Source: the human T2T-CHM13v2.0 reference genome, Homo sapiens. Taken from it: a stretch of 64,000 bases of DNA. The notes under the pieces are model-generated. The model saw nothing but the letters and a program-made list of their open reading frames with translations, made no database searches and was not told where the DNA came from. Position numbers and translations under genes: made by a program. This document shows, in pieces, positions 47,040-60,947 of this stretch. The stretch is from assembly GCF_009914755.1 (NCBI RefSeq), contig NC_060931.1. One strand, 5' to 3'. Position 1 is the stretch's first letter. Each line of letters opens with the position of its first letter.

Positions 47040-49521
47040 AGGAAGGTTTAACTGTGTTAGATGAATCCACACTTAAGAAGAAGATTCCCAGATAATTTCT
47101 TTCTAGTTTTTATCTGACTATATTCGGTTTTTCTCCTGAGGTTTCAATGGGCTGAAATATTCTTTTACATATTCTACAAAAAGAGTGTTTCCAACTGGCA
47201 GAATCAACAGAAAGGTTTAACTCTCCAAGATGAATCCACACATCACCAAGCAGTTTCACAGATAGTTTCTATCTAGTTTTTATCTGTGGATATTCAGTTT
47301 TTTGCCATAATAGGCTCTTATTTTAATAGGCTTCCAAATATCCTTTCATATATTCTTCAAAAAGAGAGTGTTTCCAACTGGTGGAATCAACAGAAAGATT
47401 TAACTCTCCAATATGAATCCACACATCACCAAGAAGTTTCACAGATAGTTTCTATCTAATTTTTATCTGGTGATATTCAGTTTTTTGCCGTAATAGGCTC
47501 TCATTTTAATAGGCTTCCAAATATCCTTTCACGTATTCTTCAAAAATTGTGTTTCAAAAATGCTGAAGCAAAAGGAAGTTTTAAATCTGTGAGGTGAATC
47601 CACACATCAACAAGCTGTTTCACAGATAGCTTCTTTCTAGTTTTTATCTGGGGATATTTCAGTTTTTCCCCATAGGCCACAATGGGCTCCCAAATGCCCC
47701 TTGGCAGATTCCCCAAAAAGATTTTTCCAACCTGCTGAATCAAAAGAAACGTTTAACTCTGTGAGATTAATTGACACATGACAAAGCATTTTCACATATA
47801 GCTTCTTTTTACGTTTTATCTTGGGATATTCTATTTTACCTCATAGGCCTCAATGTGCTCCCAAATGTCTTTTTACAGATTGTACAAAAAGAGTGTCCTC
47901 AACCTGCTGAATCGAAAGAATAGTTTAATTCTGTGAGATGAACCCACACATCACAAAGCAATTTCACAGATAGCTTCTTTCTACTTTTATCTGAGGATAT
48001 TCAGGTTTTTTTATATAAACTTGAACGGACTCCCAATTTTCCCTTTGCAGATTTTACAGAAGAAGTGTTTCCAACATGCTGAATCAAAAGAAAGGTTTAA
48101 CTCTATGAGATAAATGCAAAAATCATGAAGCCATTTCAGAGATAGCTTTTTTCTAGTTTTTATCTTGGTGTGTTCAGTTTTTTTCCATAGGCCTCAATGT
48201 GCTCCCCAACCTCCTGTTGTACATTCTAAAAATACAGTGTTTCAAATCTGCAGAAAAAAAACCCGTAACTCTGTTAGATGAATCCACAAGTTACACAGAT
48301 AGCTTCTTTCTAGTATTTATCTGGGGATATTCAGTTTTTTTCCCTTAGGCTTCAACTGGCTCCCAAATGTACCTTCGCAGATTCTACAAAAGGAGTGTTT
48401 CCATCCTGTTGATTCATAGCATAGGTTTTACTCTGTGAGATGAATCCACACATTACCAAGCTGTTTCATGGATTGGTTTTTTCTAGTTTTTATCTGGGGA
48501 TATTTTGTTTCTCCCAATAGACCTCAATGAGCTCCCAAATGTTCATTTGTAGACTCTACAAAAAGAGTGTTTCCAACCTGTTGAATAAATGAATGGTTTT
48601 ACTCTGTGAGATTAAATCACACATCCAAAAGCAATTTCACAGATAGCTTCTTTCTAGTCTGTATCTAGGGATATTAGTTTTTTTCCCATAGTCCTGAATG
48701 GGCTAGGAAATACCCTTCACAGATTCTGCAAAAAGTGTGTTTCCAACCTACTCAATCAAAAGAAAGGTTTAGCTCTGTGAGATGAATCCACATACCACAA
48801 AGTAGTTTCACAAATAGATTTTTTGCAGTTTTTATCTGGGGATATTCAGTTTTTCCCGAGGCCTCAGTTGGCTCCCAAATATCCCTTCACAGATTCTACA
48901 AAATGATCATTTCCAAACTGCTGAATCAAAATAAAGTTTTAATTTTGTGAGTTGAATCCACACATGACAAAGCAGTTTGACAGCTAGCTTTTTTCTAGTT
49001 TTTATCTGAAAATAATCAGTTTTTCCTCCTATGCCTTTAATGGGCTCTCAAATGTCCCTTTGCATATTCTACAAAAAGAGTGTTTTCAACCTGCTGAATC
49101 AAAGAAAGTTTAAACTCTGTGAGAGGAATCCACACATCACAAAGCAGTTTCACAGATAACATCTTTCTAGTTTTTATCTTGGGATATTCTGTTTTCCTCT
49201 ATAGGCCATTAATGGACTGCCAAATGTCCCTTAGCAGATTCAACAAAAAGAATGTTTCCCACCTACTAAATAAAAAAAAGATTGAATTCTGTGAGATAAA
49301 TTTATACAACACAAAGCAGTTTCACAGATAGCATCTTTCTAGTTTTTATCTGGACATGTTCAGTTTTTCCCCACAGGCCTCAAGAGGCTCCCAAATATCC
49401 CTTTGCAGATTCTGCAAGAAGAATGTTTCCAACCTGTGGAATCAAAAGAATTGTATAAATCTGTGAGATGAATTGATACATCACAAAGCAGTTTCACAGA
49501 TAGCTTCTTTCTAGATTTTAT
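47040..49521. repeat. Monomeric (diverged) alpha satellite, about 14-15 monomers of about 171 bp
   Basis: Recurrent 'aactctgtgagatgaatccacacatcacaaagcagtttcacagatagcttctttctagtttttatctgg'; monomers diverge from each other; no CENP-B box seen by eye. Confidence 0.95.
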
Positions 49522-52500
49522 GATTCCATTCGATTCCATTCAGAGATGATTCCATTCGATTCCATTCGATGATGATTCCATTTGATTCCATTCGATGATG
49601 ATTCCATTCAATGATGATTCCATTCGATTCCATTTGATGATGATTCCATTCGATGAGGATTCCATTCGATGATGATTCCATTTGATTTCATTTGATGATT
49701 CCATTCGATTCCATTCAATGATGATTCCATTCGATTCCATTCGATGATTCCATTAGATTCCATTCGATGATGATTCCATTCGATTCCATTCGATGATGAT
49801 TCCATTTGATTCCATTCAATGATGATTCCATTCGATTCCATTTGATGATTCCATTCTATTCCATTCAATGATGATTCTATTCAGTTCCATTCGATGATTC
49901 CGTTCGATTCCATTAGATTATTCCATTTGAAGACTCTATTCGATTCCATTCGATGATGATTCCATTCGATTCCATTCAATGATTTCATTCAATTCCATTT
50001 GATGATGATTCCATTTGATTCCATTCGATGATGATTCCATTTGATTCCATTCGATGATGATTCCATTCGATTCCATTCGATGATGATTCCATTCGATTCC
50101 ATTCGATGATTCCATTAGATTTCATTCAATGATTCCATTCAATTCCATTCAATGATGATTCCATTCGATTCCATTCGATGATTCCATTCGATTCCATTCG
50201 ATGATGATTCCATTCGATTCCATTCGATGATGATTCCATTCCATTCCATTTGATGATTCCATTCGATTCCATTCGATGATGATTCCATTTGATTCCATTC
50301 GATGATTCCATTCGATTCCATTTGATGATGATTCTATTTGATACCATTCGATGATTCCATTTGATTCCATTTGATGAAGAGTCCATTGGTTTCCATTTGA
50401 TGATTCCATTCGATTCCATACGATGATGATTCCTTTGGATTCCATTTGATGATTCCACTCGATTCCATTTGATGATGATTCCATTCGATTCCATTCGATG
50501 ATGATTTCATTCAATTCCATTTGATGGTTCCATTCGATTCCATTTGATGATGATTCCATTCGATTCCATTCGAGGTTTCCATTCGATTCCATTCGATGAT
50601 AATTCCATTCGATTTCATAGAATGATTCCATTCTATTACATTCGATGAATCCATTTGATTCCATTCGATGATGATTTCATTCGATTCCATTTGATGATTC
50701 CATTTGATTCCATTCGATTCGATTCAATTTGATTCCACTCGATTCTGTTCAAATCAATTCGATTCCATTCGAAGATTCCATTCAATCCCATTCAATGATT
50801 CCATTCGATTCCATTTGATGATAATTCCATTCAATTCCATTCAGTGATTCCATTCGATTCCATTCAATGATTCCATTCGATTCCATTTGATGATGATTCC
50901 ATTGATTCCATTCAATGATTCCATTCGATTCCATTTGATGATAATTCCATTCGATTCCATTCAGTGATTCCATTCGATTCCATTTGATGATTCCATTCGA
51001 TTCCATTTGATGATGATTCCATTCGATTCCATTAGAAGATGACACCATTCGATGATGATTCCATTCGATTCCATTTGATTATGATTCCATTTGATGATGT
51101 TTCCATTTGATGCATTCGATGATGATTCCATTCGATTCTGTTCGATGATGATTCCATTTGATTCCATTCGATGATAATTCCATTCGATTCTGTTCAAAGA
51201 TATTTAAATTCTATTCAGTTCGATGATGATTCCATTCGATTCCCTTCGATCATGATTCCATTTGATTCCGTTCAACAATGATTCCATTCCATTCCGTTCA
51301 ATGATGATTCCTTTCAATTACGTTTGATGATGATTAAATTCTATTCCGTTTGATGATGATTACTTTTGATTCCCTTTGATGATGATACCATTCGATTCCA
51401 TTCGATGATGATTCCATTCGGTTCCGTTTGATGATTCCATTCGATTCTATTCAATGATTCCATTCGATTCCATTCAATGATGATTCTAATAGATTCCATG
51501 CGATGATGATTCCATTCGTTTCCATTTGATGATGATTCCATTTGATACCATTCGATGATGATTCCATTCGATACCATTCAATGATGATTCCATTCGATTC
51601 CATTCAATGACGATTCCATTTGATTCCATTCGATGATTCCATTGGATTCCATTCGATGAAGAGTCCATTGGTTTCCATTCGATGATTCCATTCGATTCCA
51701 TTCGTTGATGATTCCTTTGGAATCCATTCGATGATTCCATTGGATTCCATTCGATGATGATTCCTTTCGTTTCCATTCGATGATGATTCCATTTGATTCC
51801 ATTCAATGATTCCATTCAATTCCATTTGATGATGATTCCATTCGATGATTCCATTCGATTCCATTTCATGATGATTCCATTCGATACCATTCGATGATTC
51901 CATTTGATTCCATTCGATAAAGAGTCCATTGGTTTCCATTTGATGATTCCATTTGATTCCATGCAATGATGATTCCTTTCGATTCCATTCGATGATTCCA
52001 CTCGATTCCATTCGATGATGAATTCCATTGGATTCCATTCAATGATTCCATTCGATTCCATTCAATGATGATTCCATTCGATTCCATTCGATGGTTCCAT
52101 TCGATTCCATTTGATGATGATTCCATTCGATTCCATTCGAGGTTTCCATTCAATTCCATTCGATGATGATTCAATTCGATTTCATAGAATGATTCCATTC
52201 GATTGCATTTGATGATGATTTCATTTGATTCCATTTGATGATTCCATTTGATTCCATTCAATTCGATTCAGTTCGATTCCACTCGATTCCATTTGAATCA
52301 ATTGATTCCATTCGAAGATTCCATTCAATTCCATTCAGTGATTCCATTCGATTCCATTTGATGACAATTCCATTCGACTCCATTCAGTGATTCCATTTGA
52401 TTCCATTTGATGATTCCATTCGATTCCATTTGATGATGATTCCATTCGATTCCATTCGATGATTCCATTCAATTCCATTAGAAGATGACACCATTCAATG

Positions 52501-55500
52501 ATGATTCCATTTGATTCCATTTGATGATGATTCCATTTGATTCCATTTGATGATGTTTCCATTTGATGCATTTGATGATGATTCCATTCGATTCTGTTCG
52601 ATGATGATTCCATTTGATTCCATTCGATGATAATTCCATTTGATTCTGTTCAAAGATATTTAAATTCGATTCATTTCGATGATGATTCCATTTGATTCCC
52701 TTCGATCATGATTCCATTCGATTCCATTCGATGATGATTCCATTCCATTCCGTTCAATGATTCCTTTCAATTACGTTTGATGATGATTAAATTCTATTCC
52801 GTTCGATGATGATTACTTTTGATTCCCTTTGATGATGATTCCATTCGATTCCATTCGATGATGATTCTAATTGATTCCATGCAATGATGATTTCATTTGT
52901 TTCCATTTGATGATGATTCCATTGGATACCATTTGATGATGATTCCATTTGATACCATTCGATGATGATTCCATTCGATTCCATTCAATGACGATTCCAT
53001 TCGATTCCATTCAATGAAGAGTCCATTGGTTTCCATTTCATGATTCCATTCGACTCCATTTGATGATGATTCCTTCGGAATCCATTCGATGATTCCATTG
53101 GATTCCATTCGATGATGATTCCTTTCGTTTCCATTCGATGATGATTCCATTCAATGATGATTCCATTCGATTCCTTTCGATGTTTCCATTCAGTGATGAT
53201 TTCATTCGATTCCATTCGAAGTTTCCATTCGATTCCATTCGATGATGTTTCCATTCGATTCCATTCGATGCTTCCATTCGATTCCATTCAAGGAAGATTC
53301 CACTCAATTCCATTCGATGATTGTGTTCGATTCCATTCGATGAAGATTCCATTCTATTCCATTCGATGATTCCATTCGATTCCATTCAATGATGATTCCA
53401 TTAGATTCCATTCGATGATTCCATTCGATGATGATTCCATTCAATTCCATTCGATGATTCCATTCGATTCCATTCAATGATGATGCCACTCGATTCCATT
53501 CGATGATTCCATTCGATTTCTTTCGATGATGATTCCATTCGATTCCATTTGATGATTCCATTCGATTCCATTCGATTCCATTCGATCATTCCATTAGATT
53601 TCTTTCAATGATGATTCCATTCGATTCCATTTGATGATACCATTTGATTCCATTCGATGATTCCATTTGATTCCATTCGATGATTCCAATCGCTTCCATT
53701 CAATGATTCCTTTCGATGATTATTCCATTTGATTCCATTCGATGATGATTCCTTTTGATACCATTTGACGATGATTCCATTCGAATGCATTTGATGATGA
53801 TTTGATTCGATTCCATTCGATGATTTCATTCGATTCCATTATATTATGATTCCTTTTGATTCCATTCGATGATTCCGTTTGATTCTATTCGAGGATGATT
53901 CCATTCGATTCCATTCGATGATTCCATTCGATGATGATTCCATTAGATTCCATTCAATGATTCCATTAGATGATGATTCCATTCGATTCCATTCAAAGTT
54001 TCCATTCGACTCCATTCGATGTTTCCATTCGATTCCATTCGATGATTCTGTTCAATTCCATTCGATGATGATTTCATTTGATTCCATTCGATGATGATTC
54101 CATTCGAGTCCATTCGATGATGATTCCATTCAAGTCCGTTCAAAGAAGATTCCATTCGAGTCCATTCGACGATGATTCCGTTCGTGTCCATTCGATGATT
54201 TTTCCATTCGTTAAGGATGCCATTCGATTCCACTCGATGATGATTCCATTCAATTCCATTCTATGATTATTCCATTGGATTCCATTCGATGATTATTCCA
54301 TTCAATTACATTCGATGATTCCATTCGATTCCATTCGATGATGATTCCATTTGATTCCATTTGGTGATTCCATTAGATTCCATTCGATGATGATTCCATT
54401 CGATTCCGTTCAATGATTTCATTCGATGTTGATTCCATTCGATTCCATTCGATGATGATTCCACTTGATTCCAGTCGATGATGATTCCATTTGAGTCCAT
54501 TCGATCAAGATTCCGTTCGATTCCATTTGATGATGATTCCATTCGATTCCATTCGATGATGATTCCATTCAATTCCATTCGATGATTCCATTCGATTCCA
54601 TTTGATGATGATTCCATTGGTTTCCATTTGATGATTCCATTCAATTCCATTCGATGATGATTCCATTTGATTTGATTTGATGATTCCATTCGATTCCGTT
54701 TGATGATGTTTCCATTCAATTCCATTCAATGATTCCTATCAATTCCATTCAATGATGATTCCTTTCGTTTCCATTCGATGATTCCATTCAATTGCATTCG
54801 ATGATGATTCCATTTGATTCCATTCAATGATTCTATTCAATTCCATTCAATTCCATTTGATTTTTCCCTTCGATTCCATTCGATGATGATTCCATTCGAT
54901 TCCATTCGTTGATGATTCCATTTGATTCCATTCGATAATGATTCCATTCGATTCCATTTGATGGTGATTCCATTTGATTCCATTCGATGATGATTCCATT
55001 CGATTCCATTCAATTCCATTCGATGATTCCATTCGATTCTATTCGATGATGATTCCATTTGATTCCATTCGTTGATGATTCCATTCGAGTCCATTCAATT
55101 GTGATTCCATTAGAGTCCTCTCGAAGAAGATTCCATTCGAGTCAATTCGTTGATGATTCTGTTGGAGTCCATTCGATGATGATTCCATTTGATTTCATTC
55201 GATGATTCCGTTCGATTCATTTGATGATTCCATTCGATTCCATTTGATGATGATTCCATTGGATTCCATTTGATGATTCCATTGGATTCCATTTGATGAC
55301 TCCATTCGATTCCAAGTGATGATGATTCCATTCATTTCGATTCTATGATTCCATTCGATTCCATTCGATGATGATTCCATTCGATTCTGTTCGATGATTC
55401 CTATCGATTCCATTCGGAAATGATTCCTTTGAATGCCATTCGATGATTCCATTCTATTGCATTCGATGATGATTCCATTTGATTCGATTCGAAGATTCCA

Positions 55501-57545
55501 TTCAATTCCATTCGATGATTCCATTCGATTCCATTCGATTTTGATTCCAGTCGATTCCATTCGTTGATGATTCCATTCGATTCCATTTGATGATGATTCC
55601 ATTCGATTCAATTCGATGATGATTCCATTCAATTGCATTCAATGATGATTCCATTCGATTCAATTTGGTGATGATTCCATTCAAGTCCATTCGATGATGA
55701 TTCCATTCGAGTCCATTCGTTGATTCCTTTCTATTCCATTTGATGATGATTCCATTCTAGTCCATTCGATGATGATTCCATTTGATTCCATTCGATGATT
55801 CCTTTCAAGTCCATTTGATGATGATTCCATTCAAGTCCATTCGATGATGATTCCATTCGAGTCCATTCGATGATGATTCCATTTGATTTCATTCGATGAT
55901 TCCGTTCGATTCATTTGATGATTCCATTCGATTCCATTTGATGATGATTCCATTGGATTCCATTTGATGATTCCATTGGATTCCATTTGATGATTCCATT
56001 CGATTCCAAGTGATGATGATTCCATTCATTTCGATTCTATGATTCCATTCGATTCCATTCGATGATGATTCCATTCGATTCTGTTCGATGATTCCTATCG
56101 ATTCCATTCGGAAATGATTCCTTTGAATGCCATTCGATGATTCCATTCTATTGCATTCGATGATGATTCCATTTGATTCGATTCAAAGATTCCATCCAAT
56201 TCCATTCGATGATTCCATTCGATTCCATTCGATTTTGATTCCAGTCGATTCCATTCGTTGATGATTCCATTCGATTCCATTTGATGATGATTCCATTCGA
56301 TTCAATTCGATGATGATTCCATTCAATTGCATTCAATGATGATTCCATTCGATTCAATTTGGTGATGATTCCATTCAAGTCCATTCGATGATGATTCCAT
56401 TCGAGTCCATTCGTTGATTCCTTTCTATTCCATTTGATGATGATTCCATTCTAGTCCATTCGATGATGATTCCATTTGATTCCATTCGATGATTCCTTTC
56501 AAGTCCATTTGATGATGATTCCATTCAAGTCCATTCGATGATGATTCCATTCGAGTCCATTCGATGATGATTCCATTTGATTTCATTCGATGATTCCGTT
56601 CGATTCATTTGATGATTCCATTCGATTCCATTTGATGATGATTCCATTGGATTCCATTTGATGATTCCATTGGATTCCATTTGATGATTCCATTCGATTC
56701 CAAGTGATGATGATTCCATTCATTTCGATTCTATGATTCCATTCGATTCCATTCGATGATGATTCCATTCGATTCTGTTCGATGATTCCTATCGATTCCA
56801 TTCGGAAATGATTCCTTTGAATGCCATTCGATGATTCCATTCTATTGCATTCGATGATGATTCCATTTGATTCGATTCGAAGATTCCATCCAATTCCATT
56901 CGATGATTCCATTCGATTCCATTCGATTTTGATTCCAGTCGATTCCATTCGTTGATGATTCCATTCAATTCCATTTGATGATGATTCCATTCGATTCAAT
57001 TCGATGATGATTCCATTCAATTGCATTCAATGATGATTCCATTCGATTCAATTTGGTGATGATTCCATTCAAGTCCATTCGATGATGATTCCATTCGAGT
57101 CCATTCGTTGATTCCTTTCTATTCCATTTGATGATGATTCCATTCTAGTCCATTCGATGATGATTCCATTTGATTCCATTCGATGATTCCTTTCAAGTCC
57201 ATTTGATGATGATTCCATTCGAGTCCATTCGATGATGATTCCATTCGAGTCCATTCGATGATGATTCCATTCGATTCCATTTGATGATTTCATTTGATTC
57301 CATTCTATGATGATTCCATTCGATTCCATTTGATGATTTCATTTGATTCCATTCGATGATGATTCCATTCGATGATTCCATTCGATTCCATTCTATGATG
57401 ATTCCATTCGATTCCATTCGATGATGAGTCCATTCGATTCCATTCGATGATGATTCCCTTCAATTCCATTTGATTGTGATTCCATTCGAGTCCCTTCGAT
57501 GATGATTCCATTCGAGTCCATTCATTGATGATTCCATTCGAGTCC
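49522..57545 (+). repeat. Human satellite 2 (HSat2/HSATII)
   Basis: (ATTCCATTCG)n interspersed with ATG/ATGATG, 23/26-bp units, many TCGA sites. Confidence 0.96.
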
Positions 57546-59001
<1,456 letters not shown>

Positions 59002-59002
59002 C

Positions 59003-59695
59003 AGAGGAGGTCAAAGTATATATCTTATTCTTATCTCTGACCATAGTGGGAAATTATCCTTTCTTTCACCACTAAGTTGAATGTTTGCTGTTGGCTTTTC
59101 ACAGGTGCCATGTATCTGGTGTAGAAAGTTCTCTATTCCTGGTTCATTGAGTTTTTATTTTTATTTGTAATCATTAAAGCATTTGGATTTTGTTAAATGT
59201 CTTTTCTGAATCTATCGAGATGATAATGCAATTCTCGTTTCTTATTCTATGGATAAGATGTATTACCTTAATGGATTTTGGGCTGTTAAACCAACCTGGG
59301 ATTACTAGTATAAATTTCACTTTGTCATAGTGTATAATTATTTTATATGTTGCTAGATTTGTTAGTTTTTTTTAAGGAATTTTGCATTTATGATTATAGT
59401 AGTTTTATTTTTCTATGCTATTTGGACTAACTTTTGTATCAAGGTAACACTGGCCCCACAGAATAAATTGGGAGGTGAATATCTCTCGTTTTTAAAAAGT
59501 TAGTCAAGAATTAATATCAATTAGTGAATACTAACAAATATGATTAAAATTATTAATTATTAATTTGTCTGATTTTTATTTTCTTCCTTCTGCTTGCTTT
59601 AGGTTTATTTTGGTATTTTTTCCAGTGCCTTAATGTGGAAGGTCATCTTATCTCATCCTTTCCTTTGTCTTTTCATTTTCGAAATAGTGTCTTTT
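59003..59695 (-). mobile_element. Ancient L1M ORF2 fragment
   Basis: Degenerate antisense RT-region motifs 'tttcaccactaagttgaatgtttgctgttggc', 'ggattttgttaaatgtcttttctgaatctatcgagatgat', 'gttaaaccaacct'. Confidence 0.72.
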
Positions 59696-59699
59696 TAGC

Positions 59700-60041
59700 A
59701 TCAGGTGAGGTCCCCAGGTTGGCAGTACTCCATGTTTATTGCTGTACAACAACGACAGGTAATATGTCCTGAAGACAATGGAAACTTAACATTCAAAATC
59801 CTCCTAGATTCCACCTTATGTGATATGTCTCTTCCTTTGATTGGTCCTAATTTGTACCCTTTCTCTATTATAAACCATGAGTACAATGGCATTCAATGAG
59901 TTCTGTGAGTATCTCTAGTAAATTCTTGAAACTGAGGGTGTTCTGGGGAAACCCCTGAACCGGCAGTTGGTGTCTAAAAGTGAGAATCGTCTTATATGGC
60001 CTCCTCCTTTGAACTTTGCAGCTGGACCCAAAGTCTGCACA
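59700..60041 (+). mobile_element. LTR fragment, MER21/MER77-like
   Basis: 'ataaaccatgagtacaatggcattcaatgagttctgtgagtatctctagtaaattcttgaaactgagggtgttctggggaaacccc'. Confidence 0.6.
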
Positions 60042-60606
60042 ATTTGGGCCAGAAGTCTCGTGTTGACTTTGCAGCCTGAAGTATCTTGTAGTTTGTCTAA
60101 CCCTCAATAAATTTGCTTTCATCAAATATTGTATTTGTTACCCCAAAATTACCATCATTTTTTTCTCCAAATAACTAACATTTGGAGAAATAGCCAGCTG
60201 AATCTGTAACTCAACAGAAACAAGAGATCCATAAACCATATAAGTGGCCATTTCATTTTTTTGCCTCCTTCCACCAAATTTTAGCAACCTCAACCATTGC
60301 CATGAGCCACTGTAGGCCTACCGGCTACAAACAAACACGTATCTTTTAAAAACACTTCATACTCCCATTTGATAAATTTCCCAGCAAAGAGATGCCTACT
60401 TTAACTCTATGCAGGTGGCTCATATTCGCGAAGTCTGGAGATATTATTCATGTAGTGTGAGAAAACCATCCCAGCGACGCCAACACATTCTCCTTCCCAT
60501 GATCTGCTTAGTTTGCAAACATATTCAGGCCATGGGTGAGAGATTTGTATTTCACAGGACAGCAATTTTATGGAGAGCATCGAAACTTACATTGAGCATT
60601 TTAGTA

Positions 60607-60947
60607 CAGTCACACATCACTGAATGATAGGATATATTCTAACAGATGCATCCATAGGCATTTTCATCGTTTTGTAAACATCACAGTGAATATTACAAAC
60701 ACCTAAATTGTACAGCCTACCACGTCTAGGTTATATGGTATAGCCTCTCTCCCCTAGGCTACAAAACTGTGTACTATATTACTATACTGAATACTGCCGG
60801 CAATAAGAACACAGCGGTAAGAGTTTATGTATCTAAACATACTTAAACATAGAAAAGTATGTAAAAATATGTATTATAATCTCATGGGATCACTTTTGTA
60901 TATGTAATCCATCATTGACTGAAATGTTATTATGCATCACATGACTG
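60607..60947 (+). mobile_element. Tigger3a/MER7-like TcMar MITE (about 340 bp)
   Basis: Termini cagtca...tgactg after TA; internal 'ctaggttatatggtatagcct...ctaggctacaaa', 'gtatctaaacatacttaaacatagaaaa'. Confidence 0.8.

Noticed and set aside
47040-49521. Regularly spaced repeats as a CRISPR array or an active centromeric HOR
   Set aside because: Whole 171-bp units are homologous (no unique spacers), the context is primate, monomers are divergent and no CENP-B box was seen
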